63,573 bases of DNA, filler included, from Stramenopiles sp. TOSAG23-2 (GCA_900128395.1; 12 parts of 12 records of this genome joined end to end with filler, not necessarily neighbours in it); one strand, 5' to 3'; shown: positions 19,636 through 30,841, numbered from the whole stretch's first letter. A program made the numbers and translations. The notes: generated from the sequence alone by a model not told the origin.

Positions 19636-22104
19636 TTACAAATCACTTAACAACCCGTTCTCATTTAAAAATTTCACAGCACGTGGCTGTTGTATCAAGT
19701 ACATGTAAATAGGTACAAGAGCAAATCCAAATAAAAGTGGCCAAATAAATAAATGACCAATCACAGTAAATGGTTCACGTGCTTTTTTTGGTTGATCCAT
19801 TTTCAAAACAGCTTTTGTCCAACCATACCATAAATGTATACCAACACTACCAATTGCAGCAAGATAAAATAATACTTGTTTCCCATCACGAAATATTTCT
19901 TTTTGTAATTGGTACAAGTCATTATGACTACCACCACTAAATCCTCTAGTGAAACGAAATGTCTTTAAATGCAATACTAAGAAAACACTTAAAATCGTTC
20001 CAGTTATCGCTAATTTACCATTTTTAATTGGTTTCTTTGAGATGTAACGTGCTTTATTAAATGTAAAATACGATGCAGTCAACACATGAGCACATGCAGT
20101 TATTAACAAATAATATTCCAAAATTTTCACACCAAAATTTTTTGAATATTTATTAGCATATCCATTGAATACATTTTCACCAAAAAATACGGTTAAATTA
20201 GCAAACATGTGAACAAAAAGAAAACAAATCATAAATAGTCCACTACGATGAAGCATACCCCCAGCTGTTTTTGCAAACGTAGTTTTTAGGACGGATACCA
20301 CCATGACTTGCGATAAATTTAAGAAATGCAACATCATATCTGGTATTTTAGGACATGCACAGCTACGACGGTTGTGATTACCTTCCATGTTTGCTATTTT
20401 ATTTTGCAAAGCTACGACTTCCGCTTCAAGCTCATCCCGTGTCTTTTCACTTGGATATTCCGGTGAACGGACTCCTACTGCAGGTGGTTTGTATGCATAC
20501 GGAGAAGGTGGTATTGGAACTTGTTGAGAATGTCGATCAAGACCAACTATATTTACATGTGCTGGTGTAAGATCAGATAGTTTACGGACGCCGCATAAAC
20601 GCATAGCTTGTTCCAACTCTTCTTTTAATATCTGCAAGCAACGTTGGATCCCTTCCTGACCATATGCAGACATGGAATAAACTGCTGGTTTACCAATACC
20701 AACGGCTTTTGCACCAAGTGCCATGCATTTGATAATATCAGTACCTCTACGAATACCACCATCAACGAATACATCGATTTTTTTATCCAGTCCAGCTTCA
20801 CGCAAATCGCGCATAACCTCTGGTAATATTTCAATACCAGATCGTGACGTGTCTAAATTACGCCCACCATGATTGCTCAAGATAACAGCATGGCAACCTG
20901 CCTTTGCAGCTTCGACTGCATCCAATCCAGTTTGAACACCTTTAATAACAATTTTCATCTTCGTATTTTGTTGAAACCATTTCACATCTTTCCAATTTAA
21001 TGCAGGATCTCTATTTGCATATGTGCCTGCTTTCCGTGCCTTCCCAGTCGCTGCTTTTGCTGCTGCTAAATCTTTTTCAATTTGACGTTTGATTTTATTT
21101 CTTAAATCCCTTTCACGTTTACCAGCAACTGCAGAATCGACGGTAATACAAAGTGCTTTCATCCCACATGCCTCACATGCTTTAATTTGATCTAATACAA
21201 TATCACGATCTGGATTTACATAAATTTGAAACCATAATGGTTGGTCAGGGGAAATGCGTGAATTGACAATCGTATCGAAACCTTTTGAATTTAAATTTGG
21301 AACCATGAATATAGCATCTTCCTCCCCAGCAGCTCTCATCCATGCACATTCTCCATCTTTATGCCCCATGCCACACATAGCAACAGCTGATAAATAAACA
21401 GGTGTTGCACATTTAGCACCTAAAATTGTAGTAGTAGTATCCACTTCCTTTACATCTACTAAAATGCGTGGTTTTAACCATATTCGTTGGAATGCACTTA
21501 CATTTTCATTATAAGTCAATTCATCATCAGCACCAGAACTGTAATAATCCCATGCTTCTTTCTTATTATTACCATGCAAAACACGTTGTGCTATTGCTTC
21601 AAAATCATGTAAATTTAATACAGCTTTCAATGGTGGTGCTTCATCTGGACCAAGTGTCATAAGTGATACACCTATTTTTTTCTTTTCCTCTTTCTTCACA
21701 CTTTCATCTTTCACAATTGTTGGGACCGTTGCAGGATCTACATCCCCTTTGTATGTCTCTTGTAACCCTTTTTTACCTAACGTTAAAGTCATGATATCAA
21801 CTGGATGTGCATGAAGAAAGTCCTCTGTTGCAATTTTTCCAGCTAACTCTGTAACAATAGCACTTCCACCAGGGTGTTCTGGTGCAAAATCAGTTAAATC
21901 ATATATTTTACCGCTAATAACACACCAACAATCATCTGACGTATTGTGCTTTTCGACTTCACTGAATGGTATTAAACCAGTATCGATTTCATTTGATGGA
22001 TCTTCACTCAATGATGTTGAATTTCCACGCGGTCTCTTTTCCGTAGTGGTGGTAGTAGTGCTATTATCATTGTTATTACTGTTTTTGGATCGTGTAGTTG
22101 GCAT
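19636..22104 (-). CDS. Flavocytochrome b2-like (cytochrome b5 + FMN alpha-hydroxy acid dehydrogenase) fused to a C-terminal SdhC-b558-like domain
   Basis: EVEKHN...DCW...YDLT.F...HPGG (b5). DYYSSGADDE, WFQIY, TVD, IKGVQ, SNHGGRNLD and DGGIRRG (FMN_dh). C-terminal TM helices with four His (FVHMFAN, AHVL, VLHLKTFRF, GIHLWYGW). Confidence 0.9.
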   Translation of the reverse strand: MPTTRSKNSNNNDNSTTTTTTEKRPRGNSTSLSEDPSNEIDTGLIPFSEVEKHNTSDDCWCVISGKIYDLTDFAPEHPGGSAIVTELAGKIATEDFLHAHPVDIMTLTLGKKGLQETYKGDVDPATVPTIVKDESVKKEEKKKIGVSLMTLGPDEAPPLKAVLNLHDFEAIAQRVLHGNNKKEAWDYYSSGADDELTYNENVSAFQRIWLKPRILVDVKEVDTTTTILGAKCATPVYLSAVAMCGMGHKDGECAWMRAAGEEDAIFMVPNLNSKGFDTIVNSRISPDQPLWFQIYVNPDRDIVLDQIKACEACGMKALCITVDSAVAGKRERDLRNKIKRQIEKDLAAAKAATGKARKAGTYANRDPALNWKDVKWFQQNTKMKIVIKGVQTGLDAVEAAKAGCHAVILSNHGGRNLDTSRSGIEILPEVMRDLREAGLDKKIDVFVDGGIRRGTDIIKCMALGAKAVGIGKPAVYSMSAYGQEGIQRCLQILKEELEQAMRLCGVRKLSDLTPAHVNIVGLDRHSQQVPIPPSPYAYKPPAVGVRSPEYPSEKTRDELEAEVVALQNKIANMEGNHNRRSCACPKIPDMMLHFLNLSQVMVVSVLKTTFAKTAGGMLHRSGLFMICFLFVHMFANLTVFFGENVFNGYANKYSKNFGVKILEYYLLITACAHVLTASYFTFNKARYISKKPIKNGKLAITGTILSVFLVLHLKTFRFTRGFSGGSHNDLYQLQKEIFRDGKQVLFYLAAIGSVGIHLWYGWTKAVLKMDQPKKAREPFTVIGHLFIWPLLFGFALVPIYMYLIQQPRAVKFLNENGLLSDL

Positions 22105-22681
22105 GGTCCTTTTAATAAATATACTATGATTCAAATAAACTTAATTATTTATACGGTATAATATAATAATAAACTGATATGATAATAAAATAATATGTAT
22201 ATCTATCTATCTTTATCTATATGAAATTCTTTTCCCCCTCAATTGTATGAATCTATAATATATATTATTGGTATTAATATTAGTATATGATTAATAATCA
22301 ATCTAATAATTTTTTAGCGATGGATGATGGGATTTTTATGGTGGAAGAAGAATAAGAAAGAAGTAGTGTGATTTTGCACGCGTGCATTTCAGTGATACAA
22401 CAAATTTATTGTGATCGTTTTGGACACAGATGAATAGCATTACTGTAGCTTCTCTCTGGCTTTTCTTACTACTGCTTAGAATATCAAAAGTGTATATTAT
22501 AGGCCTATCAGTCGTCTACCACCTGTTGTGGTGTTGTGGTGCTGAGGTACTGTATGTAGCAGAGATTCTAAAAAATAGGCGNNNNNNNNNNNNNNNNNNN
22601 NNNNNNNNNNNNNNNNNNNNNNNNNTTAATTAATTAANNNNNNNNNNNNNNNNNNNNNNNNNNNNNNNNNNNNNNNNNNNN

Positions 22682-23356
22682 ATTGATACCATTATTAACA
22701 ACACCAGTAATGTAAATGGCATTCAATTTCGATCGTCATACATGGATAAAGAATTTAGTGTTGGTTTTATGCCGGCAGATCAACCAGTTAGTTCAGATTA
22801 TCACGGCCAGTTGTACTTAATTGCATTTCAAAGAAATGGCGACGGTTGGATCAAAGATGGAGTAGATAGCAATGTCGATGATGCATGGTTACAAGACGAT
22901 ACTGCACCGTCCCTAATAAAGAAAATTTCCTGTCAATATTTTAATGGTTTGCGATTGAATAACGATAATTACGTCGAGTTTCTTGTCAATGGCGTTGTTG
23001 TTAAAACAAGCAGTAAGAAATTTCCAAGTGGGAAAAATGTTCGAATTGATATTCAAACGTGGGATTATAATGCTGAGTTGCTTAATATGAAATACCTGTT
23101 TCGCAGTCCAATAACGAATTGTTATAACAACTTTTTTCCATGTGAATTTACTGGAACGTATGAAGCATATGGTGGGGACTCCACTGAAGAAGGACATGGT
23201 GGACATGGGGCACCAGGTACAATTTATGAAAATTGTGGGGATGTAAATGATAGATTAACAATATCAAACAATCATCCAAATAATCGAATAGTTGTCCCAG
23301 ATGGAAAAATATATTTAGTAGATGTTTTAGCAAGTGCGGTCTTCAATCTTGCTTAA
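22682..23356 (+). CDS. Fragment of a probable large extracellular protein
   Basis: AYGG...GGHGAPGTIY Gly-rich motif typical of protist surface proteins. The stop is created by a 98-bp tandem duplication (23255-23352 / 23353-23450). Confidence 0.45.
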   Translation: MDTIINNTSNVNGIQFRSSYMDKEFSVGFMPADQPVSSDYHGQLYLIAFQRNGDGWIKDGVDSNVDDAWLQDDTAPSLIKKISCQYFNGLRLNNDNYVEFLVNGVVVKTSSKKFPSGKNVRIDIQTWDYNAELLNMKYLFRSPITNCYNNFFPCEFTGTYEAYGGDSTEEGHGGHGAPGTIYENCGDVNDRLTISNNHPNNRIVVPDGKIYLVDVLASAVFNLA

Positions 23357-23896
23357 CAATATCAAACAATCATCCAAATAATCGAATAGTTGTCCCAGAT
23401 GGAAAAATATATTTAGTAGATGTTTTAGCAAGTGCGGTCTTCAATCTTGCAACAAACCCTAGTGTCGCTGATGGTAGAAATACCATCTTCGATAGAGGAA
23501 AAAAAATTCTATGCCCTCACATCTTGACTGCACTTTCTAGCAATAGAAGGTGCGGTCAAGATACACTCTACTAACATACATATTCATAAACTTTATAACA
23601 AAACAAATAAACAAAACTAACACACTGACAGCTACGCGATGATATCAACCAAAATTCTCTGGAACGTGACGTGCGTGAAAGAAATCTGGGTGTGAGGGGA
23701 CCCCAGAATGAAAAGATGGACCTCAGTGTTGATGGAGTGTAGCTGAAAGTGTGTACAAATATATTAAAATTTATATCTCATATTGAGATGCTATAATATA
23801 TACGAAAGTATATATTATATATATTAGATTTTAACCAATATCTTATGATATTATATAAAAAATATTAAGAGCGCTTCACTATAGTAGGATACAGAA

Positions 23897-23992
23897 TATT
23901 TATTCTCGAGATTGAGTATTGAGCATCATATTATTTACCATGAGAAGTAAAACTATTATAACTCTTATACGAACGCGCGTAGATTTTAACCA
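23897..23992. repeat. Dispersed ~80-bp repeat, copy 2
   Basis: GAGATTGAGTATTGAGCA...GAAGTAAAACTATTATAACT...AGATTTTAACCA. Confidence 0.75.
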
Positions 23993-24119
23993 ATATATAA
24001 AATTTTCTCTTACTCATACTTCGTATATAAAAAATTCTCTTACGTATATATAATATATATTATACTCGTAAATATAAATGATATCATAAAAATAAACCAC
24101 ATCAAATGCATTTTTACCT

Positions 24120-27059
24120 TCATCTCACACACCATTTCTCTTCACTATTCTTTCCAAAAACAAATGTAGTTTCGCCTGTTTGCGAATCAATATGAGGCAC
24201 AGGTACAGGATTTTTCGGACGTGTGTACCACCATGGCATACTTTCTGTATTATTTGATAATCGATTAAACGTAAACTCAATGTAATCAAGGATACCCTCT
24301 CTTCCCATATAATGGTCATGTTTGACAATAGAATTTTGTGCTATAATCTGGCATAAGTCATCATTCTTTCTACACCATTCAATAGTTTCCATTAAATTGC
24401 TTAAATCTGAATGAATTAATAAATGATCAGGAGCTTCTAAAATTGTATCAGGTTTATTAGCATCTGCAACTTGTATTTTTGTTGAAGATGATGAGCTTGT
24501 ATCGAATTCTTTCAATAATGGATAAAACCACATTTCATTTCCTGCACACGTATCTAATGATTTTACACGCAATATTACACATCCAAGGCGCATTAAAAAC
24601 CCATAGCGATTTGCAGCGCTGTGCCCATCAACATAAATGATATATTTATACTCTGTCTGCTTGTAAATTGGTACAAAGTTGACACGACCACTAACAAATG
24701 AAAAATTATCATGTCTTGGATATGTAACTTTTCGAGAATATGTCAACTTTTTATCTCGTACATTCCATCCAGTACCTTTCGCATCTAAATATGGATATCC
24801 ATTTTTTCCACCATTGTATTTTTTCTTACCTTCGCATTCATGTGCCAAAGTAATTAAATTTATACGCTGATTAGTTTCTTTATCTATTCCACCACCAGTT
24901 AAATTGCCACGAAAAAATGCAGTTGGAACTTTTTTTCCCCATGGTTTTATAAATTTCCTAAAATTTTCCTCGCTATACAAATCTGTCCCGCCTCTCACTT
25001 TTTTCCCTTTTTTCATCAACGTATCGGGAAATACTAAGCCCGTAGCAGAAGCCCAATCATCTGATAATGGAATGCCAAAATCAGCAAATTTTTTACCGAC
25101 ATAATAGCTAAATATTGGAGCATAACTTTTGAATTTTGTACGTGTTAATGGCGGAGGCTTATCTCCTTTTTCATTTAAAAAGATAAAATCATAAGGCTCC
25201 GTTAAATCACGTTTTAATTGTGGATGATCTCGCTTATTTAAAAAAAATTCCATATCCGGCATATCTCGTTCTTTACATGCAGCTACAAACATGTCACGAA
25301 TAGCACATAAATGATGATCCCCCCAATAATTTGTATGTGTTTCCTCTATTCCTTGATGTTGGTTGCATAAGATATTTGCATTTGCCCACCAGTGTGTTTT
25401 GTCTGGTATTATATTTTCTCGTCCACAATAATTTTTATTCCATTTTTCATTGTAATATTTTTCCATTGAACCATCCTCAGAATCCATTTGCAATAAATGG
25501 CTAAATGTATTACGATATTCGTCATTTACGAAAGGAACAAACATTTGCAATTCCTTGTTGCGAATCATTATATATATACCACAACGCATGTGGAAAAACA
25601 TGTACAATAAGGAGTTCATTGTGCTCTCCGGATTTATTCGCTTATAAAATGGTAATTTACAACGATCATCCACTTCTTCAAATACCCTTGGTGTATCATG
25701 AACATTAAATCTATTGTTGCCCGTTCTATTTCGTTTTTTCCCGATAGAGCTATTATTTAATGGATATCGTATTCGATACTCCCTCATTTTCTTATGCATC
25801 AGCAGTACAACTTGGTTCCACCCTATAAGTGTTGTATAGACATGTTGTAAATGTGGAAATTGTGGATTTGTTGGTATACCTCCGAGTGTTTTGCAAAATT
25901 CAATACATTCCTCATTTGTTCGAAAGCACGGGACGCCATTTGGAAACGTTTCCATGATATGCGTCCATGCTTTCGACTGATCATCTCCTTTGCTATATAA
26001 ACCACGTGGAAGAATCGATCTTGCAAAAACAGTCTTGCCACCAACTATTGAATTTAAAGCATCTTTCCATGTTTTAATTACAGGGATACGGGAATCAATT
26101 AATTTTATTAAATTCTCATGATTCATCGGACCATTATTCTGTCTTTCTGGAATCATCATCATTCCCCCTTGATGTTGTTGTTGTTGCTGCTGTTGCCGAC
26201 AAACAACAATGACCAATTTCATTTTAACTACTCCACGTTCATTGGATAAATCATCCGCATATATTATTTGTCCAGTTACTATACCTTGCTTTAATGCAAC
26301 CATGTTATAATTCTTAGGTAACTTTAATACAATATACTTTGCATATTGACTACAATCATTTACTATATCATGCATCTTACGATTACCCAATGATAATTCA
26401 ACAGTTTTTTCATTCTTATAATCCATACCACCCCATGGTGGATCAAAAAATACTATGTCACTACGCCCAATATCAGTTTTCATTAGTTTCGTGTAATCCC
26501 CACAAAAAACACGTTTATTAGCAACAAAGCCAAATGTTTGGTGTTGTTTACAAAGGTCTAAATTATGGTCCAACATTTTCGCACGTTTCGGATCAAGCTC
26601 AACAGCTGTTAAGTGTTGAAAATATTTTCCAAACGACATACTATTACCACCAACACAAGAGGTTGCATCCACTATATGCATTTGATTATGCACGCCATTT
26701 TGCGATGCAATTATTTCTGATATTTGATCTGCAAATGTCGCTTCTGTCACGCTGAAAGATGCAATTTCATCCATTTGCAACTGGCCTGCTAAATCTGGAG
26801 GAAATTTATTAAAATAATAATGAAATTTCTGCTTAATTTTTTCAGGCGCTGTATCTCTCGTATAAATAGAAGAGTCTAGTTTGGTGCTTCCATATCCCGC
26901 AGAACCATCATCGTCCACAGAAGTAGTTGTGGCGGTGGTATTGTTGTTGTCTATTTTTACTATTTTTTTAGGACGAGCATTTTTTGGTGGTAATCCTAAT
27001 ATACGATTTAAATAAGTTTCTACTGGTGTTGGGTTATATATTGGGGAACAATCTGCCAT
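24120..27059 (-). CDS. Fusion of an RNA-cap guanine-N2 methyltransferase (TGS1-like) and a glycosyltransferase family 90 (CAP10-like) domain
   Basis: N-terminal FSVT, VDATSCVGGNSMSF, AVELD, DIVFFDPPWGG.DY and LKLPKN. C-terminal EFFLNKRDHP, AFFRG..TG and YKYIIYVDGHSAANRY...WFYPLL. A poly-Q linker joins them. Confidence 0.8.
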   Translation of the reverse strand: MADCSPIYNPTPVETYLNRILGLPPKNARPKKIVKIDNNNTTATTTSVDDDGSAGYGSTKLDSSIYTRDTAPEKIKQKFHYYFNKFPPDLAGQLQMDEIASFSVTEATFADQISEIIASQNGVHNQMHIVDATSCVGGNSMSFGKYFQHLTAVELDPKRAKMLDHNLDLCKQHQTFGFVANKRVFCGDYTKLMKTDIGRSDIVFFDPPWGGMDYKNEKTVELSLGNRKMHDIVNDCSQYAKYIVLKLPKNYNMVALKQGIVTGQIIYADDLSNERGVVKMKLVIVVCRQQQQQQQHQGGMMMIPERQNNGPMNHENLIKLIDSRIPVIKTWKDALNSIVGGKTVFARSILPRGLYSKGDDQSKAWTHIMETFPNGVPCFRTNEECIEFCKTLGGIPTNPQFPHLQHVYTTLIGWNQVVLLMHKKMREYRIRYPLNNSSIGKKRNRTGNNRFNVHDTPRVFEEVDDRCKLPFYKRINPESTMNSLLYMFFHMRCGIYIMIRNKELQMFVPFVNDEYRNTFSHLLQMDSEDGSMEKYYNEKWNKNYCGRENIIPDKTHWWANANILCNQHQGIEETHTNYWGDHHLCAIRDMFVAACKERDMPDMEFFLNKRDHPQLKRDLTEPYDFIFLNEKGDKPPPLTRTKFKSYAPIFSYYVGKKFADFGIPLSDDWASATGLVFPDTLMKKGKKVRGGTDLYSEENFRKFIKPWGKKVPTAFFRGNLTGGGIDKETNQRINLITLAHECEGKKKYNGGKNGYPYLDAKGTGWNVRDKKLTYSRKVTYPRHDNFSFVSGRVNFVPIYKQTEYKYIIYVDGHSAANRYGFLMRLGCVILRVKSLDTCAGNEMWFYPLLKEFDTSSSSSTKIQVADANKPDTILEAPDHLLIHSDLSNLMETIEWCRKNDDLCQIIAQNSIVKHDHYMGREGILDYIEFTFNRLSNNTESMPWWYTRPKNPVPVPHIDSQTGETTFVFGKNSEEKWCVR

Positions 27060-27977
27060 GTTTATACAGGCGGTTTGAAGAAAGAAAAAAGACTATCTAT
27101 ATATATTGTCTAAAATGAAGGATGCTTCTATTAGATTTAGATTTCGATACTTTCTTTTATGTTGTTTTAGAAGAATAAGAAAGAATTGATCATTTAATTT
27201 ATTATTATTGCTATTATTATTATTTATTTTTTTTTTGTTGGCTGGTTGGCCTGGTTTAGGTTGGGATGTTGGGATTTGGGATTATTAATACCAGGATTAT
27301 TGTGTGCGATTCCATTATTATTTTTTAGGCAACAACCCAGCAACTGTACTGGGTACTCCTGTACTGAAGTCGAGTGCCAGAGTGCTGGCCCAGCTGGCCC
27401 GGCTGGAGTTACTCTGGACACCAGAGATTTTCCTTGCCAGTATTCTGACAAGGAAAACCTCTGGTCCAGAACGCCAACATCCATTATGAATAGTGTTATT
27501 TTTTTCATATTTTTTAGTGTTTTTCCACTTTTTAAATAGGATCTTAGGCTTGGCAGTCTACAAAGGATTATTTTTGTTCTTATTGTAATTAGTATAGACA
27601 CCTATCAAAATGAAATAATATTTAAGGATTCTCGTCTAAAATGCCATAAAAACATAAACGTTCAGAAAAACAACATATATTTCAGATACAAACACATATA
27701 CAAAAATATATATAGATACATAGACAGATATATTATAGAATATGATTAATTTAAATTAGATACTCTATGAGATAATTGTTTATATCATGATTTTTATTAT
27801 TAATATGTTATATATAATAATAAAAATCCATTTATTGAAGACAACTGTTTATAAATTAAATAATACAAGATAAAATTGAACAGTTGCAAATGTTATTTAT
27901 AAGATATATATATACTGCTATTAATAATAATATATGTATAATTAGATGTTAATTATGAAAATGTAATTGGTTATGTA

Positions 27978-28088
27978 TTGTAAAAAGTTATTCAAACTGT
28001 CTCCAAATTATTGTTTCATTTGGTAGGAAATAATAAATCCTACCAAACAAGCTAAAAATTTCCAGACAGTTTGTACAACTTGTTACAA
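27978..28088. repeat. Imperfect ~110-bp palindrome (hairpin)
   Basis: 51-nt arms TTGTAAAAAGTTATTCAAACTGTCT...TTTGGTAGGA and TCCTACCAAA...AGACAGTTTGTACAACTTGTTACAA around a 9-nt loop. Confidence 0.75.
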
Positions 28089-29089
28089 ACCATAATAAAG
28101 TCTGTGTGTATAAATCTACATTTAAAATTTTCATATCTATATATATACATCAATAAATATAAATACTGACATTCTTTGTCAATAAAATAGATATGTAAAA
28201 GTTTCTATTAGTGTTCAATGCTATTCCCATACTATTCGCATTCTCATGTNNNNNNNNNNNNNNNNNNNNNNNNNNNNNNNNNNNNNNNNNNNNTTAATTA
28301 ATTAANNNNNNNNNNNNNNNNNNNNNNNNNNNNNNNNNNNNNNNNNNNNTAACACAAAAATTATGTGATTTAGGTATTGGTATCAACACAGAAGTATATG
28401 TAACTAGTGAGAAATTGCAAGTCCCATTAGTTATTAAAATTTCTTAATAATATTTTTACGAATAATTGTGATGTGTGTGTGTGTGACACGACTTTTTAAA
28501 ATGTATCCAAGTATCTTACAGGTGGTCTTTCATTAGAGATACACTCCTCGTATACCTGTACTAATTTTATACGTAAAACTCCTAAACTTCTATTATAGCA
28601 CTATATCTAAAAGCTGGAAGGCCAGCCGGGCCAGCCAGCCAGCTACATACAGTACTGTATCTTTAGCTTCTAGAACAAGTAATAAGGCCACAGTACCGTA
28701 TAACAGGAGGCCAGGATTGCCAGATTGCCTTGCTGGCTTGCCAACAGCACACTGGCACACCAGCAGACACCAGCACACCTGGCACACAACAACACAGTAT
28801 AACACAGTACCAAGTAACATACATAATTCTATATAATATAATACCACAGAAAAATCTTTTTTTTTTTATTATTATGAAGGTGGACAGACAAAAAGAAAGC
28901 ATTTTACTATACCTTTACAATAGCATCTTGAATGAATGAATACTACTAGGAACTCGATAGTATCAGATAGTATGTATCAATATATATATATATATATATA
29001 TACATATGTATAGAACACAACAAGAATACATAGAATAAATTGAAAGATAGGAAACGTAAAAGTAAAATATAACATTTAATCGAAAAAAT

Positions 29090-30841
29090 ATGAGTAGTGA
29101 ACAAGGAAAACGCGCAATCAGAGTACGTAGAGTTATTGCGGAATCATTAAAAAGTCAAGGAGTTGAATATGTATTTGGTATTGTCGGATATCCAATTATT
29201 GAGCTGGGTATGGCATGTCAACGAGCAGGATTAAAATATGTCGGTTGCAGAAATGAACAAGCAGCATCGTATGCAGCAGCTGCAGTTGGTTATTTAACTG
29301 GAAGACCAGGCGCTTGCTTAGTTGTACCTGGACCAGGGGTAATCCACGCGTTAGCTGGTATGGCAAACGCAAGTGCAAATGGATGGCCTATGATATGTAT
29401 TGCTGGTTCTAGTGAGTTATCCCAAGATGGACTTGGTGCATTTCAAGAGTCATTGCCGCCACAGGGTGGATCACAAATCCAAGTGCAATACCCAGCTGCT
29501 GGCATTTGCAAATATGTTGTAAAAGCAACCGATGGCGACCGTGTTCCCTTCTTCATTGAACAAGCTGTAAGGTACGCCATTAATGGCAGACCAGGTGCTG
29601 TATATGTCGAAGTTGCTGGTGATACTTTACGTGAGCCAACTGATCCTGAGATCTATTACCCACCAAAATGTGCTGACCCAGCCATGGTATATGCAGATCC
29701 AGCTTCCGTTACAAAAGCCTTGAAAATTTTAGGAGCAGCAAAAAGTCCATTGCTTATTTGCGGTAAAGGTGCTGCATATGCAGGTGCATCCGATGGTTTG
29801 AGACAATGGTGTGAAACCACACGTATGCCATTTATTCCATCACCAATGGGCAAAGGCGTAATCCCTGATACACATGCATTATGCATGTCATCGGCACGTT
29901 CGTATGCACTTAAAAATGCAGATGTAATTTTACTTGTAGGAGCAAGATTGAATTGGATCTTACATTATGGAAGACCACCAAGATATCGCCGTGATGTTAA
30001 ATTTATTCATGTTGAATTATTGCCAGAAGAAGTTGGACATTCAAAACCTGCTGAAGTTGCATTGGTTGGTCATGCAAAAGCAATCGTTTCACAATTAAAT
30101 GAAGGTTTAAAATCAAATCCAGTACATGTAAGTGCAACATCAGAGTGGATGACAGGATTAGGTGAGACAAGCCAAAAAAGTCGTGATCTTTTCCTTGAAT
30201 TGTCAACAGATCGTTCATCACCAATGAATTATTATTGCGCCTTAGGAATTATTGATAAATACATTCCACACGATGCAGTAATTATGAATGAAGGTAGTGA
30301 TACTATGGATATTGGCCGTACGGTATTGAATAATTACCACCCAAGAAAGCGTTTAGACGCAGCAACATGGGGTACCATGGGTGTAGGTATGGGTCAAGCA
30401 CTTGCTGGCGCATTGTGTAATCCAGGTGGCTGCGTTGCCGTATTTGGCGATTCTGCATTTGGTTTCAGTGGTATGGAAATTGAAGTTGCAATTCGTTTGA
30501 ACCTTCCTTTAGTTGTTATCATTATTAATAATAATGGTATTGGTGCATTTAACCCAACAGAGTATACCGCGCAATCCGGCGAAGCATTAGGCGATTCAAC
30601 TTCTGATCGTTTAAAACATCCTGTAAAATCTTTAACACCACAAGCTCATTATGAAGGTTTTGCCACTGCACTTGGTGCAAAAGGTGTTTATGTTGATACG
30701 GCAGATGCTCTTGAAAGTGCGGTGAAAGAGGCAATGTCTGTTCGACCATTCAAATTTACTCTTATTAATTGCATGATCTCAACAACTGCATCACGTGGTA
30801 AAGCTGCTGCGCCACCATTCGCAGCAGTTGGAAAATTGTAA
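29090..30841 (+). CDS. HACL1: 2-hydroxyacyl-CoA lyase (ThDP-dependent, HACL1/oxalyl-CoA decarboxylase family)
   Basis: GVEYVFGIVG.P, RNEQAASYAA, PGVIHALAG, RLNWILHYG, TMDIGR and GDSAFGFSGME...NNNG. Ends in PTS1-like GKL. Confidence 0.92.
   Translation: MSSEQGKRAIRVRRVIAESLKSQGVEYVFGIVGYPIIELGMACQRAGLKYVGCRNEQAASYAAAAVGYLTGRPGACLVVPGPGVIHALAGMANASANGWPMICIAGSSELSQDGLGAFQESLPPQGGSQIQVQYPAAGICKYVVKATDGDRVPFFIEQAVRYAINGRPGAVYVEVAGDTLREPTDPEIYYPPKCADPAMVYADPASVTKALKILGAAKSPLLICGKGAAYAGASDGLRQWCETTRMPFIPSPMGKGVIPDTHALCMSSARSYALKNADVILLVGARLNWILHYGRPPRYRRDVKFIHVELLPEEVGHSKPAEVALVGHAKAIVSQLNEGLKSNPVHVSATSEWMTGLGETSQKSRDLFLELSTDRSSPMNYYCALGIIDKYIPHDAVIMNEGSDTMDIGRTVLNNYHPRKRLDAATWGTMGVGMGQALAGALCNPGGCVAVFGDSAFGFSGMEIEVAIRLNLPLVVIIINNNGIGAFNPTEYTAQSGEALGDSTSDRLKHPVKSLTPQAHYEGFATALGAKGVYVDTADALESAVKEAMSVRPFKFTLINCMISTTASRGKAAAPPFAAVGKL

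Noticed and set aside
27224-27601. ORFs with collagen-like AGPAGPAG and neighbouring GC-rich ORFs (also 28593-28939)
   Set aside because: By-products of the CCAG/CTGG-rich intergenic sequence; non-ATG starts and no domain content.
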